Positions 1 through 10,802 of a stretch of DNA of 64,000 bases are shown piece by piece (position 1 is the first letter of the stretch; every line of letters begins with the position of its first letter). A program made the position numbers and the translations under genes. This stretch comes from an uncultured Collinsella sp. Lineage in GTDB: Bacteria; Actinomycetota; Coriobacteriia; Coriobacteriales; Coriobacteriaceae. The stretch is from contig CAUFBM010000009.1 in NCBI GenBank assembly GCA_959023295.1, positions 7,405 through 71,404 on the forward strand, written 5' to 3'. The notes under the pieces are model-generated. The model worked only from the letters and a program-made list of their open reading frames with translations. It searched no databases and was not told where the DNA came from.

Positions 1-202
1 CGGTGATGTCGGCGTCGAGAATGCCAACCTTGTTGCCGCGGCGGGCGAGCTCGGTTGCGATGGCGCCCGTCACAAACGACTTGCCGACGCCTCCCTTGCC
101 GGAAAGCACAGCGATAACGCGCTTGACCTCCGACAGCGTATTCTCTTCAAATTGCGACGGCGTTGATTGTCCGCCGGCTGCTTGTGCGTGCTCGCAACCC
201 AT
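1..202 (-). CDS. Mrp/NBP35 (ApbC) Fe-S carrier P-loop ATPase, 5' part (runs off the window)
   Basis: Manual translation MGCEHAQ...[20 protein letters not shown]...[10 protein letters not shown], which has the deviant Walker A of the Mrp family; AAGGAG RBS upstream. Not in the ORF track. Confidence 0.88.
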   Translation of the reverse strand, partial: MGCEHAQAAGGQSTPSQFEENTLSEVKRVIAVLSGKGGVGKSFVTGAIATELARRGNKVGILDADIT

Positions 203-347
203 GTATGACTCCTTTGTATATGTTGGGGCCGGAGCCCCGCGGTGTGACACGAGCGTCATTGTACCCTCGTTTGCGAGCGGGAGTCATTTGCGATGCATTT
301 GGGCCGAGCGTGCTTGCAATACGATGGGTCCAAGCGAATGGGCGGGC

Positions 348-2501
348 TTACTGAACTTTGCTGGCGAACTCGAGGTATTGCATGCGCTGCAGCTTGTCGA
401 TCGTCGAGGCGTATGGGCTGTCTTCAGATTCCAAGTCGTAGCGCAGCCCGTCGGCACCAATATAGCCGGCGACATTGATGGTGGGCACATCTGACCTTGT
501 TGCAAGCAGGGCCTTTTGATAGTCAGTGAGCGGGGCGCCGATCTTATTAAGGGTAATAGCTGCAATCTCGTTTGCCCCGACGGTGTCGTAGACGTTGAGC
601 TCGGTATTGCCGGCGATTTCATAGTTGGCCCAGACGAAATAGGTCGACTGATAGATACGGAAAGCGTGGCTTGCCGTATCTTCCTGAGGGTACAGCTCGT
701 CGTTGAGAGTCGTTGCGGCGCTCGGCTGATGGTCGCCAAAAAAGACAAGAACAACCGGTCTGCCGATATTGCGGAGCTCATTGATAAAGTACTCGAGGTC
801 CCGGTCGGATGCATTGATGCAGGTGAGATAGGTATTGAGCGCGCTATTGGCGCCCTCGCTGGCTCCCTCGACCCAATAGTTTGTCAGCTCTTCGGCGGGA
901 ACGGTGCCATAGTCGTAGCCGCCGTGATTTTGCATCGTGACGTCAAAGATGAACTGCGGGGCTTCGTCGGTTCTGAGCAGGTCGAGTATCTTGTCGTAGG
1001 TGGCGTAGTCGCATACGCCGGCATGGTAATAGGGCGCACCTTCGAAATCGCCGATTGAAAGAAAGTCTCCAAAACCCAGCTGCTGATAGATTTTATCTCG
1101 ATGGTAGTTGACGGGGTTTTGCGGGTGCATAGCAGTAGTAGTATACCCAAGCTCTTTAAGGTCCTTTGCCAGGCTGTTGACACTATTCATCTGATACAGC
1201 TGATAGGGGATTTTGCCTAATCCGACAAAGGCCGTTGTCGCTCCGGTCAAAAATTCGAATTCGGAGTTCGCCGTTCCGCCACCGGTGACCGAAGCGAGCA
1301 TGGTGCCGCGAACAAGTGTGTCGGGAAGCGAGTTGTAGAATGCGGGACCGGTGTACCCGGCCGCCTGGAGCTGCTCAAAGCACGAAAGGTCGCTAAAACT
1401 CTCGTTCATGACGGCAACAATCGTCGGCTTGATTTCATTGAACTGGGCAACGGCCGCCGCGCGCTGCTCGCTCGAGCCATACGTGCTGTCGTAGGCGGCG
1501 GCGAGCTCCTGTTCGATGCTCTGCGCCTCATCGGGCGTATAGTCTTCGGGCTTTTCAATGGGCAACTCGTTGACCATTTCGGTGAACGAAGTGATAAAAC
1601 CCTGAGACGCATACGTGGTGATGGGCTGCCAACGGTCAAATCCAAAATCCAGCGACTGCTCCAAGTCGATGTTGGAAAAGCCCAAGAGCCCCACAACGGT
1701 CACTAGCAGAAAAGCGCAGAGGTTAGCGGCGATTGCGGGGAAGACATGGGCGGGCGTACGGAGCTTTCGCGGTCGGATAAGCGAAAGAAGCCCCAGGGAA
1801 ATCTCCAGCAGGGCGAGTGAGGTTACGATTCCTGCAGTGAAGGTGAACTCATATCCCTCACTTACTTCCATTGCGGTGCCCAATGCCAAAATGTCGCTCG
1901 GCAGGATGGCCTCGCCTTTAAACGTTATGACGAAGTGCTCGGCAATGCCAAGGGTGCAACAGACGACGGGCACGAGGGCCATGACGCCTCCATGACGCTG
2001 TCCCAGCAAATAAAGGGAGAGCAGAACCGTCGCGAGCAGCCCAACGGAAAACCCGAATGAGTTGGCGGGAATGCGATAGAACGTTTCGTTGCAGGCAATT
2101 TCGAGTGAAACGAACGAGAGCGCTGAAACAGCGGCGACGACAAGGATGTCGCGGCAAATACAGGCAACCGTTCCCGTCGCAAGATCGGTTTGGTCGATAA
2201 GTCCCGAAACCAAGGGCTCGACAAGAAGTATGACGGCGGCAGCACCGAGCGCCGAATAAGAAAGGACCCATAGGGAACAGTCCTCATTTACGAGCAATTG
2301 ATTCGTAATCCATGCAGCTACCATGCCGAGCGGGATGAGGAGCATCGCGCACCAAAAGACGCGGGCAATGGGCGGTTTTTCGTTGTGTCTGATTGAAAAA
2401 TACACGCGCACGACGACGGCGGCCACGATAAGGACGGCGATGAATATGGGCAGATTGGCCATGCCACTCGAAGTGATTTCAAGGGGGATATCTTCGGTCA
2501 T
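348..2501 (-). CDS. LTA synthase-family / sulfatase-domain membrane protein
   Basis: Multiple N-terminal TM helices followed by MNESF, GGGTANSEFEFLTG, TMQNHG and FFGDHQP motifs of the LtaS/alkaline phosphatase superfamily. Confidence 0.85.
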   Translation of the reverse strand: MTEDIPLEITSSGMANLPIFIAVLIVAAVVVRVYFSIRHNEKPPIARVFWCAMLLIPLGMVAAWITNQLLVNEDCSLWVLSYSALGAAAVILLVEPLVSGLIDQTDLATGTVACICRDILVVAAVSALSFVSLEIACNETFYRIPANSFGFSVGLLATVLLSLYLLGQRHGGVMALVPVVCCTLGIAEHFVITFKGEAILPSDILALGTAMEVSEGYEFTFTAGIVTSLALLEISLGLLSLIRPRKLRTPAHVFPAIAANLCAFLLVTVVGLLGFSNIDLEQSLDFGFDRWQPITTYASQGFITSFTEMVNELPIEKPEDYTPDEAQSIEQELAAAYDSTYGSSEQRAAAVAQFNEIKPTIVAVMNESFSDLSCFEQLQAAGYTGPAFYNSLPDTLVRGTMLASVTGGGTANSEFEFLTGATTAFVGLGKIPYQLYQMNSVNSLAKDLKELGYTTTAMHPQNPVNYHRDKIYQQLGFGDFLSIGDFEGAPYYHAGVCDYATYDKILDLLRTDEAPQFIFDVTMQNHGGYDYGTVPAEELTNYWVEGASEGANSALNTYLTCINASDRDLEYFINELRNIGRPVVLVFFGDHQPSAATTLNDELYPQEDTASHAFRIYQSTYFVWANYEIAGNTELNVYDTVGANEIAAITLNKIGAPLTDYQKALLATRSDVPTINVAGYIGADGLRYDLESEDSPYASTIDKLQRMQYLEFASKVQ

Positions 2502-2619
2502 GGACGTTCCTCTGTTACAGCAAATTAAGTTCAGTTTTAGATTACTCTAACCTTTCCACGGCATTTCGAGAAACAAAGCACCCGACACGCAAAGCAAAAG
2601 GTCTGCGAATCTTGTATTA

Positions 2620-2633
2620 CGAACATCTGTGCG
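2620..2633 (+). promoter_or_regulatory. putative LexA (SOS) box upstream of uvrA
   Basis: CGAACATCTGTGCG versus the Gram-positive consensus CGAAC-N4-GTTCG (1 mismatch), about 60 bp before uvrA. Confidence 0.6.
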
Positions 2634-2694
2634 CGTTGAGTGCGTTAAACTCATCGACAGTGTGATTTGAGGTTATAGGAGGCAAGGAGCTTCC

Positions 2695-5571
2695 ATGTCT
2701 GATTCTTCTATCGTTATCCGTGGTGCGCGCGAACACAACCTGGGCAATATCGATGTTTCCATCCCGCGCGACGAGCTCGTGGTCATTACCGGTCTTTCGG
2801 GCTCGGGCAAGAGCTCGCTGGCGTTTGACACGATCTATGCCGAGGGTCAGCGTCGCTACGTGGAAAGCCTGTCGAGTTATGCGCGCCAGTTTTTAGGCCA
2901 GATGGACAAGCCCGATCTAGACTCGATCGACGGCCTTTCGCCAGCCGTCTCGATCGATCAGAAGACGACGTCCAAGAATCCGCGCTCGACGGTGGGTACT
3001 GTAACTGAGATTTATGACTACCTTCGCTTGCTTTTTGCACGCGTGGGCACGCCACACTGCCCCGAGTGCGGTCGCGTTATCGAACGCCAGACCACCGACC
3101 AGGTCGCCGATAAGGTCCTGGCAGCGGGAGAGGGTCGTCGTGCGTTTGTGCTGGCACCGGTGGTGCGCGGGCGCAAAGGCGAGTACGCAAAATTGTTCGA
3201 GGATCTTCGGGCTGAGGGCTTTAGCCGCGTGCGTGTCGACGGCGAAGTACGCTCGCTCGACGACCCCATCGATCTGGACAAAAAGTTCAAGCACGATATC
3301 GAGGTCGTAGTCGACCGCATCGTGATTCGGGAAAACTCTCTGGGCCGTATCGCCGAGTCGGTTGAACAGGCGACTGCCTTGGCACACGGCAATGTGAACG
3401 TGTACATGCTGCCCGATCGCGATGCTCCCGAGGGAACCGAGGGCGAGCTGCTGGAGTATTCGTTGGCTCTGGCGTGCCCGGAGCACGGGCACTCCATCGA
3501 CGACCTACAACCCCGCGACTTTTCGTTCAACGCGCCCTATGGTGCGTGTCCCGAGTGCGATGGTCTGGGCTTTAAGAAAACGGTCGATGCCGAGGCGCTG
3601 ATTGATGACCCGTCGAAGTCGATTGCCGATGGGGTCTTTGGAAGCCTGTTCGGCAATTCGAACTACTACCCCCAGATCTTCGCCGCGGTCTGTAAGCACT
3701 TTAAGGTGAGCGCGGATACACCGTGGGAAGACCTACCTCCGCGAGTGCGCCGTGCATTTTTGGATGGCATGGGCGACAAGAAGATTTCGGTGGACTATCA
3801 AAAGCTCGACGGTCGTCGCAGCCAGTGGGACACCAAGTTTTCGGGCGTGCGCAATATCCTGTACGAGCGCTATACCGAGACGACCAACGAGAACACTAAG
3901 GCGCGCCTGGAGAAGTACATTCGCGAGGAGCCGTGTTCGAGCTGCCATGGTGCTCGCCTGCGCCCCGAGATGCTCGCCGTCACCGTGGGCGGCAAGTCCA
4001 TTTATGAGGTTTGTTGCCTGTCGTGCCGCGAGTCGCTCGAGTTTTTTGAGGACCTTGAGCTCACCGAGCGTCAACAATTCATCGGCGGTCGTATCGTCAA
4101 GGAAATCCTGGAACGCTTGCGTTTTCTGGTTGATGTCGGCCTTGATTATCTGACGCTCGATCGTGCTTCGGCGACGCTTTCCGGCGGTGAGGCGCAGCGC
4201 ATTCGCCTGGCTACGCAGATCGGTGCGGGCCTCATGGGCGTTCTCTATATTCTGGACGAGCCTTCGATTGGTCTTCACCAGCGCGACAACGAGCGGCTGA
4301 TTAAGACACTCGAGCGCCTGCGCGATATCGGCAACACCGTTATCGTCGTTGAACACGATGAGGACACGATTCGCGCTGCCGACTATGTGATCGATATGGG
4401 GCCAGGCGCGGGCGTCAACGGCGGGCACGTGGTCGCCGCGGGAACGCCTGCCGATATCATGGCGTGCCCCGATTCCATGACGGGTGCTTATTTGACCGGC
4501 AAGCGGATGATCCGCGTGCCAGACGAGCGCCGCAAGCCCGGCCGCGGCTGCCTTAAGATCACGGGCGCCCGCGCCAACAACCTCAAAAACGTTACCGCCA
4601 AGATTGAGTTCGGTACGCTCACAGTCGTTACCGGTGTTTCGGGATCGGGCAAGAGCTCCCTGGTCACCGATACGATTGCGCCCGCGCTTACGAATGCCAT
4701 CCACCGTTCGACGCGTCCCGTGGGTCCGTACAAGAAGATTGAGGGCATCGAGTGCATCGATAAGGTGATCGACATTGACCAGTCGCCGATCGGTCGCACG
4801 CCGCGTTCGAACCCTGCGACCTATATTGGCCTGTGGGATGATCTGCGCGCGCTGTTTGCGAGCACGCCGGAGTCGAAGGCGCGTGGCTACTCGCCGGGAC
4901 GCTTCTCCTTTAATGTGAGCGGCGGACGCTGCGAGGCGTGCAAGGGCGACGGCCAGATCAAGATTGAGATGCACTTTCTTCCCGATATTTATGTTCCCTG
5001 CGAGGCTTGTGGCGGCAAGCGCTATAACCGCGAGACGCTCGAGGTTACCTATCGTGGCAAGACTATCTCGGACGTACTTGACATGAGCGTGGCCGAGGCA
5101 CTGGCTTTCTTTGGGAATATTCCGCAGATCAAGCGAAAGCTTCAAACCCTGTATGACGTCGGCCTAGGTTATGTGAGCTTGGGCCAGCCCGCCACGACGC
5201 TCTCGGGTGGTGAGGCGCAGCGCGTAAAGCTCGCCAAGGAGCTTCATCGCCGTCAGACGGGTAAGACGTTCTATATTTTGGACGAGCCTACGACCGGTCT
5301 TCATTTTGAGGACGTTCGCCAGTTACTTGATGTGTTGCAGCGTCTAGTCGATGCGGGCAATACGGTGTTGGTGATCGAGCACAACCTCGATGTCATCAAG
5401 GTCGCCGACCGTCTGATCGATATGGGTCCCGAGGGTGGCAACGGTGGCGGAACTGTCGTGGTCTCGGGTACGCCAGAGCAGGTTGCGGCATGCCCGCAGA
5501 GCTATACCGGCAAGTTCTTGGCGCCGTTGCTCAAACGCGATAAGGAGCGTCAAGCGCAACTCGATGCCTAA
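2695..5571 (+). CDS. uvrA: excinuclease ABC subunit A
   Basis: Two ABC modules ([24 protein letters not shown]) and zinc fingers; 958 aa. Confidence 0.99.
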   Translation: MSDSSIVIRGAREHNLGNIDVSIPRDELVVITGLSGSGKSSLAFDTIYAEGQRRYVESLSSYARQFLGQMDKPDLDSIDGLSPAVSIDQKTTSKNPRSTVGTVTEIYDYLRLLFARVGTPHCPECGRVIERQTTDQVADKVLAAGEGRRAFVLAPVVRGRKGEYAKLFEDLRAEGFSRVRVDGEVRSLDDPIDLDKKFKHDIEVVVDRIVIRENSLGRIAESVEQATALAHGNVNVYMLPDRDAPEGTEGELLEYSLALACPEHGHSIDDLQPRDFSFNAPYGACPECDGLGFKKTVDAEALIDDPSKSIADGVFGSLFGNSNYYPQIFAAVCKHFKVSADTPWEDLPPRVRRAFLDGMGDKKISVDYQKLDGRRSQWDTKFSGVRNILYERYTETTNENTKARLEKYIREEPCSSCHGARLRPEMLAVTVGGKSIYEVCCLSCRESLEFFEDLELTERQQFIGGRIVKEILERLRFLVDVGLDYLTLDRASATLSGGEAQRIRLATQIGAGLMGVLYILDEPSIGLHQRDNERLIKTLERLRDIGNTVIVVEHDEDTIRAADYVIDMGPGAGVNGGHVVAAGTPADIMACPDSMTGAYLTGKRMIRVPDERRKPGRGCLKITGARANNLKNVTAKIEFGTLTVVTGVSGSGKSSLVTDTIAPALTNAIHRSTRPVGPYKKIEGIECIDKVIDIDQSPIGRTPRSNPATYIGLWDDLRALFASTPESKARGYSPGRFSFNVSGGRCEACKGDGQIKIEMHFLPDIYVPCEACGGKRYNRETLEVTYRGKTISDVLDMSVAEALAFFGNIPQIKRKLQTLYDVGLGYVSLGQPATTLSGGEAQRVKLAKELHRRQTGKTFYILDEPTTGLHFEDVRQLLDVLQRLVDAGNTVLVIEHNLDVIKVADRLIDMGPEGGNGGGTVVVSGTPEQVAACPQSYTGKFLAPLLKRDKERQAQLDA

Positions 5572-5593
5572 TACATAGGTGTTTTTGAAACAT

Positions 5594-5633
5594 GAGCGCC
5601 GCCGATTCCTTGCGATTCGGTGGCGCTCTCTTT
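5594..5633 (+). terminator. putative intrinsic terminator after uvrA
   Basis: GAGCGCCGCCGA...TCGGTGGCGCTC stem followed by a short T-rich tail. Confidence 0.55.
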
Positions 5634-5707
5634 GTCGAGATAGCGTATGCCGCGCAAATGGACATATACTTAAAAATTGCGTTCTTATATGAGGGAAAGG
5701 ATATGCC

Positions 5708-6208
5708 ATGCCGAAGGCCGTGAAGACGCCAAAGACCAACGCCATGCGTGAGCTGGAAAGCGCCGGCATCCCCTATGTTCTCCATACGTACGAAGACGAT
5801 GACGACGAATCGTCGGGGCTGGGCGTCGCGATTTCCGAGCAGCTTGGCGAGGAGCCCGGTCAGGGATTTAAGACCCTGGTCTGCACGACGCCGTCCAACG
5901 ACCATGTCGTGTGCTGCATTCCCGTTGCCGACGAGCTCGACCTCAAGGCCGCCGCGCGCGCCGCAGGCGAAAAGTCGCTGACCATGATGCATGTCAAAGA
6001 TTTGCTTGCCGCGACGGGGTATGTCCGCGGCGGTTGCAGTCCGGTCGGTATGAAAAAACGCTTCCGGACTCTGATCGATGAGACATGTGTCCTTTGGGAT
6101 ACCATTTTTATCTCGGGAGGCAAGCGCGGCTACCAGCTTGAGGTTGCACCCGACGACTTAGTTGCATTTTGCGGGGCCACGGTCGCCCCGATCACGAGAG
6201 AGGACTGA
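5708..6208 (+). CDS. ybaK: Cys-tRNA(Pro) deacylase, YbaK/EbsC family
   Basis: KTNAMR, FKTLV, TGYVRGGCSPVG and SGGKRG motifs. Confidence 0.92.
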   Translation: MPKAVKTPKTNAMRELESAGIPYVLHTYEDDDDESSGLGVAISEQLGEEPGQGFKTLVCTTPSNDHVVCCIPVADELDLKAAARAAGEKSLTMMHVKDLLAATGYVRGGCSPVGMKKRFRTLIDETCVLWDTIFISGGKRGYQLEVAPDDLVAFCGATVAPITRED

Positions 6209-6211
6209 GCG

Positions 6212-8461
6212 ATGCCGCAGGAAGAATCAAAACGCGGGGCTCATTTTGCAAAGGGGCCGACCCTCTCAGCATCTTCGCCTGAGTTGGCTTCGGTCGAACA
6301 AGAGATTCGTAAAGCCTGGTCGGCTGCCACCGACCCGGGTGAGACAGCGGTGTATTTGCGTGCCGCCGGTGCCGGTTCGGTGCCTTCTCGTTCGCCTCTT
6401 TCCTCGACTCGACCCGACGAGACGGCAGTGTTTTTGGCCGCTGCTCGTGCAGGCGTGGATCGGGCGTCCAGCACTTTGGATACGCCTCATGCCCCGAGTC
6501 CCGATGAGACTGCGGTGTTTTTGATGGCCGCACAAGGGAAAAGTTCGCATCAGGGCGCGGCCGCCGTTAGCCCTGCAACGCAGGATGCTCCCGATGACGG
6601 CGAACCGTTGCTTTCTGATGATGAATGGTCACCGCTCGGTTCAGTGGATCTCGTCGAAGGCGTGACGGTCGACGACGATGACGATTGGGATCCCTTGTCG
6701 TTTTCTGGTCGAGGTGCTGTCGCGCAGGAAGTCGATACGGTGTTTGGGGATCATGCCGCGTCTGGCGACAATGTGATCTTAGTCGATGATCCCTTTGTGG
6801 CGGATGCCCCTCTTTCCTCTGAGGATGAGATTGAGTCGCAGCCCGAGTCACACGTGGAATCTCAGGACGACGTAGACGATATGGGCTCGTCCGACTATTC
6901 CACGGTGGGTCGATCTGCTGGCCTTATGACCGTGCTGACCATTGTGTCGCGTGTCACCGGTTTTATCCGCACTTGGGCTATGGCTGCCGCTATCGGCATG
7001 TCGCTGCTCTCGTCTTCCTATCAGGTTGCCAACAACCTGCCCAACATGCTCTACGAGCTTGTGATGGGCGGTATGTTGGTTACCGCCTTTTTGCCGGTGT
7101 ACATGGGCGTTCGCCGCGAGCAGGGGCGCGAAGCCTCAAATGAATATGTGGGCAACCTGCTTGGCATCCTGCTCTTGCTGCTGGGCGGCATTTCGGTCTT
7201 GGGCACCGTGTTCGCTCCGGGCTTTATTTGGACGCAGTCTTTCCTTTCGGGCGACGGCGGGAGCATGGATACCGCCGCATTCATGTTCCGTTTCTTTGCC
7301 ATCCAGATATTGTTTTATGGTCTGGGCTCAGTGTTCTCGGGCGTTCTCAACGCACATCGCGATTACTTTTGGTCGACGTTTGCCCCCGTTTTGAATAACG
7401 TGATCGTCATCGCCAGCTTTATGGGGTTCGATCCCGTCTCCGCGCAGTTCGGCGAGCATGCTGGCGTTATCTTGATTTCGCTGGGAACGACCCTTGGCGT
7501 CTTTGTTCAGATGGCGTGCCAGATTCCCGCGCTGGGCAAGCACGGCGTGCATCCCCATATCCATATCGACTATAAGCACCCCGCACTGCGCCAGACGATT
7601 ACGCTGGGCATTCCGACGCTGCTCGCCACGGTGTGCATGTTTGTCTCGACCTCCATCACTAATGCCGCCGCACTGGTGGTGCAGCCCGAGACCGGACCTT
7701 CCGTCATTGCGTATGCTCGCCTGTGGTATACGCTACCTTATGCGCTGATCGCCGCCTCGCTTTCGACGGCACTCTATACCGAGCTATCGCATGATGCCCA
7801 GGAACAGGACTACGATAGCGTTCGCACTGGCATCTCGAGTGGCGTTGCCCAGATGCTCTTCTTCCTGATTCCGTTCGCGTTGTATCTGATTGTCTTCGCC
7901 CGCCCGCTCAATATGATTTACTGCGCCGGCAAGTTCGATGAGTCCGGCGTGGCGTTGGTGTCGGAGTTCCTTATTTACCTGGCGCTTTCGCTGCCGCTCT
8001 ACGGCGTGGTCGTGCTCATGCAGAAGAGCTTCTCGGCCTTGCTCGATATGAAGCCCTACGGTCGTTATTGCCTTTACTCTGCCATCGGACAGGCCGGTTC
8101 GGTGCTGTTGTTTGGTGTGGTGCTGGGCTACGGCATGCCTGCGATTGCGCTTTCGTATGTTGTCGACTATGTGATTTTGGTCGGCTGTTCGCTGTGGTGG
8201 CTGCGTCGTCGTCTGCAGGGTCTTCAGATTAAATCTATTCTGCACGGCTGCTTCTTTGGTCTTTTGCTCGGCGGCCTGGGTGCCGCAGTGGGTGCCGGCG
8301 TTTTGTGGGCGCTCGAGAACTATGTCGGTGCGCTCGGCGGGTCAATTCTGATTACGTTGGGTTACGTATGCATCGCGGGCATGGCTTCGCTTGCCGTGAC
8401 CTTTGGGCTCGCTATTGTCTTTAAGATGCCCGAGGTCTCTGCATTGCTTCGCCGCAAGTAG
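6212..8461 (+). CDS. murJ: lipid II flippase MurJ/MviN with a long acidic N-terminal extension
   Basis: SRVTGFIR and YQVANNLPNMLYEL motifs, many TM helices from about aa 230. Confidence 0.88.
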   Translation: MPQEESKRGAHFAKGPTLSASSPELASVEQEIRKAWSAATDPGETAVYLRAAGAGSVPSRSPLSSTRPDETAVFLAAARAGVDRASSTLDTPHAPSPDETAVFLMAAQGKSSHQGAAAVSPATQDAPDDGEPLLSDDEWSPLGSVDLVEGVTVDDDDDWDPLSFSGRGAVAQEVDTVFGDHAASGDNVILVDDPFVADAPLSSEDEIESQPESHVESQDDVDDMGSSDYSTVGRSAGLMTVLTIVSRVTGFIRTWAMAAAIGMSLLSSSYQVANNLPNMLYELVMGGMLVTAFLPVYMGVRREQGREASNEYVGNLLGILLLLLGGISVLGTVFAPGFIWTQSFLSGDGGSMDTAAFMFRFFAIQILFYGLGSVFSGVLNAHRDYFWSTFAPVLNNVIVIASFMGFDPVSAQFGEHAGVILISLGTTLGVFVQMACQIPALGKHGVHPHIHIDYKHPALRQTITLGIPTLLATVCMFVSTSITNAAALVVQPETGPSVIAYARLWYTLPYALIAASLSTALYTELSHDAQEQDYDSVRTGISSGVAQMLFFLIPFALYLIVFARPLNMIYCAGKFDESGVALVSEFLIYLALSLPLYGVVVLMQKSFSALLDMKPYGRYCLYSAIGQAGSVLLFGVVLGYGMPAIALSYVVDYVILVGCSLWWLRRRLQGLQIKSILHGCFFGLLLGGLGAAVGAGVLWALENYVGALGGSILITLGYVCIAGMASLAVTFGLAIVFKMPEVSALLRRK

Positions 8462-10432
8462 GTGCGTGTGGCCGGCCACGACAACATACCAACACTCGCC
8501 GAGCAGGTTTCGCGCGTTCCCACGCAGCCCGGATGTTACCTTTGGAAAGATGCCAAGGGCGATGTCATCTACGTTGGCAAGGCGAAAAACTTGCGTTCCC
8601 GTATGCGCCAGTACGTGACGCTGCAGGATGAGCGCCAAAAAATACCGCTCATGATGCAATTGGTTGCGAGCTTTGACTACATCGTCGTCGAAACCGAGCA
8701 TGAGGCGCTTGTGCTCGAGCGTAACCTGATCGGCCAGTACCATCCGTACTTTAATGTGGACCTTAAGGACGACAAGAGCTATCCCTTTATCGCTATCACC
8801 AAGAGCGATCTGTTCCCGGCTATTAAATATACGCGTGAGCGCCATAAGCCGGGAACGCGCTATTTTGGTCCCTATACTGACAGCCGTGCGGCGCGTGAGA
8901 CCATTGATACGCTGCGCAAGGTGATCCCGATCTGCTCGGCTTCTTGTGCGGAGTGGCGTCGATGCCGCCGTATTGTCGAGTCCCACAAGGGCGAAGAAGA
9001 TATCGTCAATATGATTTGCGCGCAAAACGGGCGGCCTTGCTTTGACTATCATGTCGGCCGTGGGCCGGGGGCGTGTGTTGGTGCGATTTCTCCCGCCGAC
9101 TATGCCAAGAACGTTAAGCGCGTCGAGCGCTTTTTGTCTGGCCATCGCAAGGATGTCGTCGACGAGCTCACGGCCGAGATGGCAGAGGCTGCCGAGGCGC
9201 TCGATTTTGAGCGTGCGGCACGCGTCAAGCGTCGCCTAGATGTCATCAGGGGCCTGGATGATCGTCAGCAGGTCGTATTTCCGTCCAGTGTCGATATCGA
9301 TGTCATTGGTTTTTATCGCGAGGAGACCATCTCGGCTGCCTGCGTCTTTGTCGTGCGCGAGGGTCGAACGGTTCGAACCTGTGAGTTTATCCTCGATAAG
9401 GGCCTTGATGTCGACGAGGAAGAACTCCAGTCGGGTTTTCTTAAGCGCTATTACGACGAGACGGCTGATATTCCAGCTGAGATCAACCTTTCTATTGAGC
9501 TTGAGGACGCAGAGGCGCTGGGGGAGTGGCTTGCGGCCAAGCGTGAGCGCTCCTGCCATCTCCATAGACCTCAGCGCGGCGAAAAGCATCGATTACTCGA
9601 TATGGCATCCAAAAATGCCCGTCATGCCCTTATGCGCTACATGATGCGCACGGGTTATGCCGACGATCGCACCAATCAGGCACTTTTGGAGCTCGAGAGT
9701 GCCCTGGCACTGCCCGAGCCTCCGATGCGTATCGAGTGCTTCGATATTTCCACGCTGCATGGCACCTTCACGGTTGCGTCGATGGTGGTGTTTACCAACG
9801 GTCGTGCCGACAAGAGCCAGTACCGACGCTTTAAAATCCAGACCGAACTGGACGAGGCGAACGACTTCGTGTCGATGTCCGAGGTCCTTGGTCGGCGCTA
9901 CGCTCCCGAGCGCATGGCCGACGAGCGTTTTGGCTCGCGCCCCGATTTGCTTGTTGTCGACGGCGGCAAGCCGCAATTGACGGCGGCCATCAAACAACTT
10001 GAGGCCCTTGGACTCGATATACCAGTTTGCGGCTTGGCGAAGGCCGATGAGGAGGTTTTTGTGCCTTGGGACGAGACGCCTGTCGTGCTGCCGACAGGGT
10101 CCGCTTCGCTCTACCTGATCAAACAGGTGCGAGACGAATCGCACCGTTTTGCCATTACATTCCATCGCGAGCTGCGCGATAAGGCAATGACGGTCTCGGT
10201 GCTCGACGATGTTCCAGGCGTGGGACCCACCAGAAAACGTGCTATTATGCGCCATTTTGGCTCGATGAAACGGTTGCGCGCGGCGAGCGAGAAAGAGATT
10301 GCAGAAGTTCGAGGCGTTCCTGCCGATGTCGCAAGATCGGTCCATGAGGCTCTTGCTGCCTGGAATGAAGAGCGAGACAAGGCCACCACAAGCCGATCCG
10401 AAAACCAAACACACCCTAAACAACTGATATAA
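8462..10432 (+). CDS. uvrC: excinuclease ABC subunit C
   Basis: GIY-YIG (PGCYLW...IYVGKAKNL), RIECFDIS, VDGGKPQ and C-terminal HhH motifs. Confidence 0.97.
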   Translation: MRVAGHDNIPTLAEQVSRVPTQPGCYLWKDAKGDVIYVGKAKNLRSRMRQYVTLQDERQKIPLMMQLVASFDYIVVETEHEALVLERNLIGQYHPYFNVDLKDDKSYPFIAITKSDLFPAIKYTRERHKPGTRYFGPYTDSRAARETIDTLRKVIPICSASCAEWRRCRRIVESHKGEEDIVNMICAQNGRPCFDYHVGRGPGACVGAISPADYAKNVKRVERFLSGHRKDVVDELTAEMAEAAEALDFERAARVKRRLDVIRGLDDRQQVVFPSSVDIDVIGFYREETISAACVFVVREGRTVRTCEFILDKGLDVDEEELQSGFLKRYYDETADIPAEINLSIELEDAEALGEWLAAKRERSCHLHRPQRGEKHRLLDMASKNARHALMRYMMRTGYADDRTNQALLELESALALPEPPMRIECFDISTLHGTFTVASMVVFTNGRADKSQYRRFKIQTELDEANDFVSMSEVLGRRYAPERMADERFGSRPDLLVVDGGKPQLTAAIKQLEALGLDIPVCGLAKADEEVFVPWDETPVVLPTGSASLYLIKQVRDESHRFAITFHRELRDKAMTVSVLDDVPGVGPTRKRAIMRHFGSMKRLRAASEKEIAEVRGVPADVARSVHEALAAWNEERDKATTSRSENQTHPKQLI

Positions 10433-10611
10433 AAGCGTTGTTATCCTGCAGATTGACGATGACTGATGTCTCACCTCGTCGATGCATACTGTCTGCCATT
10501 GTGTTTGTCAACGATTTCGGTGAACGGTAGCAAATACCGTTCAAGCGGATGTGCGTATCGGTCGCCGAGCGCAGCGCCCAAGTTGGGTTTGTTGGCGGGT
10601 AAGGTATATCG

Positions 10612-10765
10612 TCCGCAAGTTGCGCGTGGGCCGTTGTCGTCGGCACCGCCATCACGCACCTCACGAGTATTACGAGTTGGTTCAAAGCCGCGCTTGAGGC
10701 GTAAGACGGACCTCGTATCCGCTTGGGGCGGTATACTCAATAAAGGCAATTGATCGCGCGGGATC
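10612..10765 (+). ncRNA. candidate 6S-like RNA (long rod with internal bubbles)
   Basis: Nested pairings 10622-26/10755-59, 10633-38/10745-50, 10645-50/10727-32 and 10671-76/10712-17; -10-like TAAGGT at 10600; terminator immediately downstream. Confidence 0.55.
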
Positions 10766-10790
10766 CGCTGGCCGGGTCCCGCGTTTATTT
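10757..10790 (+). terminator. intrinsic terminator upstream of rapZ
   Basis: CGCGGGATCCG/CGGGTCCCGCG stem followed by TTTATTT. Confidence 0.65.
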
Positions 10791-10802
10791 TAGGAGGCAC
10801 AC

